A DNA stretch of 64,000 nucleotides, from assembly GCA_045863395.1 (NCBI GenBank), contig BTVJ01000031.1:20186-84185 (forward strand). Reading direction: 5' to 3'. The notes under the pieces were generated by a model. It made no database searches and was not told the DNA's origin. It worked only from the letters and a program-made list of their open reading frames with translations. Source of the stretch: Myxococcales bacterium (GTDB lineage: Bacteria > Myxococcota_A > UBA9042 > JABWCM01 > BTVJ01). Position 1 is the first letter of the stretch, and each line of letters starts with the position of its first letter. The translations under genes and the position numbers were made by a program. Shown piece by piece: positions 59,401 through 64,000 of this stretch.

Positions 59401-59907
59401 CTGCTGGCGAGGCACCGGGCGCGGGAGCCGTTCACGCCGGCAGAGCAGGCGCTCCACGTACAGATCGGGACCGACGAGCTGCTGCGCCTGCACGACGCGC
59501 TGGACCGTGCGGTCCTCGAAGCCTACGGCTGGCCCCCGGACCTGAGCGACGACGACCTGCTCGCGCGCCTGGTCGCCCTGAACGCGGAGCGAGCGGCGGA
59601 GGAGCGGGCGGGCCATGTGCGCTGGCTCAGAGCGCCCGCCACCGAGCCGGCGAGCCAGCCGGCCCTGGCGCTGGAGGAGGAGACGGCGGACGGAGAGGGC
59701 CCGCCCCCCTGGCCGGCAGACCCCCTCGACCAGCTCGCCGACATCCTGGCCCTGCTGCGATCCACGACGACGCCCCTGGACGTGGAGTCGGTCTCCGGCC
59801 GCTTCAAGCGGGCCCCGAGGAAGCGAGTCTCCGACCTGCTGAGCCGCCTGGAGCGACGGCGCCTGCTGGTCGCGGACGACGATGGTCGCTACCGAGTGAT
59901 CGCATAG
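56497..59907 (+). CDS. MmeI-like type IIL restriction-modification enzyme (endonuclease plus N6-adenine methyltransferase plus TRD)
   Basis: GRIDLYKRGCFVLEAK (PD-(D/E)xK), FCMFAEDVGLLP, FNGALF, PAIFGTLLE…LGAHYTPR, VLDPACGTGNFL (motif I), IVGNPPFLG (motif IV), HDALDRAVLEAYGW. Confidence 0.9.
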   Translation: MSDAPVFDPTARRMPAATLERLAAFARQWSGKEGTEQQLSQSFLNGLCDALGTPRPYAGQHSVEDYCFEKRVDVPDRSERGRIDLYKRGCFVLEAKCGRNTAASPGSAPVRGGKRYVEYIQSAWLDQAKVYAALLPEGPPPLLVVVDVGYHFWIWRGTDGRFDAFHSPRRLSFSIDAIADEENARVLWACFESPGDLDPSRAQQRITEDAVSRIAPLAARLEGRGHPPEDVARFLMRCLFCMFAEDVGLLPSGHFSKLLRGALQVPDAFEPEATRLFGAMDQGGLYGFERIRRFNGALFRDARALPLDRDALGLLAGAAALNWAFVDPAIFGTLLERALDPRERHRLGAHYTPRVFVERIVRATVEEPLRAEWDVVQARVEELRAAEPTETKANEAAQKVLLPFLRRLHDVRVLDPACGTGNFLYVAYAVLKELEHEVLSELVLAQAAQQGLLEGAAVVPGHMLGLEVKPWAAEIAQLVLWIGHLQWELHHGRQTTIRDPVLPEERSIACWDALIGWDRVAERRGPDGAVITRWDGLTTKVHHATGREVPDDTARVPVMDYDGVRRSAWPAATFIVGNPPFLGNKMMREALGDAYVEAVRGCYAEVGKTVDFVMYWWHRAADAVRAGQTERFGLITTNSIAQTFNRQVVEAHLAAEPGVGIVMAVPDHPWVDAGADVRIAMTVVERERPGVRRLSRLGRVVDEAGAVDRVELSFRAVPQIHADLSGGANVAGAVALRANEGLSFQGMNLVGKGFRLTREQVEALGFDVAALPPIIRPYLNARELMQTREGRFVIDAFGLTEEELRDAWPTAYQWLSDHVRPEREQNRRASRRERWWLFGEPVGKLRRALVGLGRYIATPETSKHRVFQFLDAATCPDHKLYAIPLDDPYLLGVLSARAHVLWSLEAGGRLGVGNDPVYNNTRCFLTYPFPAPTGALRAAVAELGERLDAHRKQAQARSPKATLTAMYNLLARHRAREPFTPAEQALHVQIGTDELLRLHDALDRAVLEAYGWPPDLSDDDLLARLVALNAERAAEERAGHVRWLRAPATEPASQPALALEEETADGEGPPPWPADPLDQLADILALLRSTTTPLDVESVSGRFKRAPRKRVSDLLSRLERRRLLVADDDGRYRVIA

Positions 59908-60328
59908 GTTCCGCTGAGAGGCCCAACGACACACTGCGGTCGACTGATCGCACCGGCGAGGGCGCGGCCGAGGACGCGGACTCCACGGAGCGCTGCCATG
60001 AGCACCTGGACGCCTGGAGTCGGTTGACACCGCCTGGAGACAGGTTCAGAGTGAGTCGCCAGGCACTTGGAGGTGGCCGAGTCGCCACTCGAGAAGCCGT
60101 GGGGCATTGGGGAGCAAGGGCTCCACGGGGGAGTCCTTCATCAGACAGAGAGCCGCATCTGCCCGACCGGAGTCAATGGGCAGTCGTTGCGTCGCAGCCG
60201 GTCGAGTGGTGGCCGCGGCGGGGCACGACCTGCCCGTGCGGGGGCTGGCGGCATTTCGGTATGGCGATCTCGGTCGCCGCCGTCGTGTTGTCGTGATGGC
60301 GCGGCTCGCACCACGAAGTGGAGGGTGT

Positions 60329-62627
<2,299 letters not shown>

Positions 62628-62635
<8 letters not shown>

Positions 62636-63929
62636 GTCAACCCAGACTCAGCCCCCCCGCCCCCGGCTCGCCTCACTCGCGCTTGTGGCGATTGGAGCGA
62701 TGGTGCCTGGGTGCGGGGAAGACACTCCTCCGCGTGAAGCGACTGACGCTGGCGTGCCGAGCGCCCTGAAGGACGCCCCCGGGCCGGATGCGCAAGACTC
62801 TACGACGTGCGTGCCCGACTGCGCCGGCCGTCACTGTGGGACGGACGGCTGCGGCGGCACCTGCGGATCGTGCCCCAGCGTCATCGATCAGTGCATCGAC
62901 GGCCAGTGCACCTGCGCAGAGACCTGCCCCAAGGACTTCTGCGGCGCCGACTCGTGCGGCAAGGAGTGCCTGTGCGCGACAGGCTCCATCTGCGGCTACG
63001 ACCACCGCTGCTTTCAGCCGGAGCCGGGGTGTGACACGGACGGGTACTGCCTGATCCCCGCCGGGAGCTTCGTCATGGGCGACGACGACGACTATGGGTA
63101 CAACGACCACCCGGAGCTGACCGCGAGGTGGATGCCGGCACACCAAGTCACCCTCACGCGGTCCTTCCTGATGAAGGCGACGGAGGTCACGGTCGCGGAG
63201 TGGCTGGCGTTGATGCCCCCCGGTTCGAAGAGCCCCTCCAAGTGGACGGAGTGTGGACCGGACTGTCCGGTGACGAACATCACCTACTTCGACATGCTGC
63301 GCTACGCCAACCAGCTCAGCGAGCTGCGCGGTCTCGACCCGTGCTACGTCCTGGAGGGCTGCTCCATGGATCCTGGGTCGGTGGGCGCAGAGTGCGCGCG
63401 GGCGCTCTTCGAGGGGCCGGACTGCGAAGGCTACCGCCTGCCGAGCGAGGCGGAGTGGGAGTACGCGGCGCGCGCTGGCACCCGGGGGTGCACGGCCGCC
63501 AGCGACGAGCCTGTCATCGGGTCAGTCGAAGACTGCATGGCGACACAGGCCCTGAAGGACATCGCGTGGTACTGCGCCAATGCGGGCACCCCAGAGTCAC
63601 CCCGGTGCACGCCGGCAGACACGTCGTCCTGTTGGGGACCGAAGCCCGTCGGGCTGAAAGCTCCCAACCCGTTCGGCCTGCATGACCTGCACGGCAATAT
63701 GAGAGAGATGACAGGGACCCTGGCTCACGCGTACTCGGCGGGACCCGTGACGGATCCCGGGTACGACGCGGAGGTGACCATTGACGGTGTCGTGCAGGTC
63801 CGAGGTGGTGACTTCCAAAGCCAGACCCTCCTGATCTGCTCTTTCTATCGGGGCATCGGGTCACACACGAAGATGCAGATTGCAGGAGTGGGCACGATCC
63901 GCCTCGTCCGCACCGTGCAGCATCCGTAG
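62628..63929 (+). CDS. Formylglycine-generating-enzyme (FGE-sulfatase/SUMF1) domain lipoprotein
   Basis: Lipobox-like VPGC; CGTDGCGGTCGSC; IPAGSFVMG, HQVTLTR…TEVT, YRLPSEAEWEYAARAG, PNPFGLHDLHGNMREM, RGG. Confidence 0.85.
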
Positions 63930-64000
63930 CGCCCGCTGGCGCCAACGGCAGCGGAGGCGTCTGCGGGTGCCGAAACGACCTGCCCATCCGCCCACCGCTG

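Overview
Very GC-rich bacterial DNA. It is most likely Myxococcota/deltaproteobacterial, inferred from many lipoproteins with Asp/Ala/Thr-rich linkers, Cys-rich CDDGxxCTxDxC repeat proteins, an OmpA/thrombospondin-3 protein and a MYXO-CTERM-like motif. About 41 CDS are supported. I recognised no rRNA, tRNA, CRISPR array, integrase or transposase. Most other ORFs in the track are GC-driven shadow frames. Layout: (1) 1-33.8 kb is dominated by secreted or surface proteins (two giant Cys-repeat lipoproteins, a triple fibrinogen-like protein, a HExxH protein, a transmembrane-less RND-like lipoprotein, OmpA, a PQQ-type propeller), interspersed with a flavin-dependent halogenase-like gene, recD2 plus an RNB nuclease, and a PepT-like peptidase. 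(2) 35.8-43.3 kb is a small surface-polysaccharide cluster. (3) 43.4-49.6 kb holds miscellaneous genes. (4) 49.8-51.5 kb holds the top finding: a PlpX/splicease-like radical SAM-SPASM enzyme fused in one ORF to a lipoprotein-like tail carrying four [E/D]YG motifs, a candidate self-modifying enzyme-substrate fusion. (5) 51.7-59.9 kb is a probable defence island (Uma2, a DUF4041/GIY-YIG SNIPE/PD-lambda-1-like gene plus partner, an MmeI-like type IIL R-M enzyme). (6) 60.3-63.9 kb holds a secreted HExxH protein with a (GA)16 tract and an internal MYXO-CTERM-like signal, followed by an FGE-sulfatase-domain lipoprotein. All family assignments come from motif recognition by eye; no database search was run.
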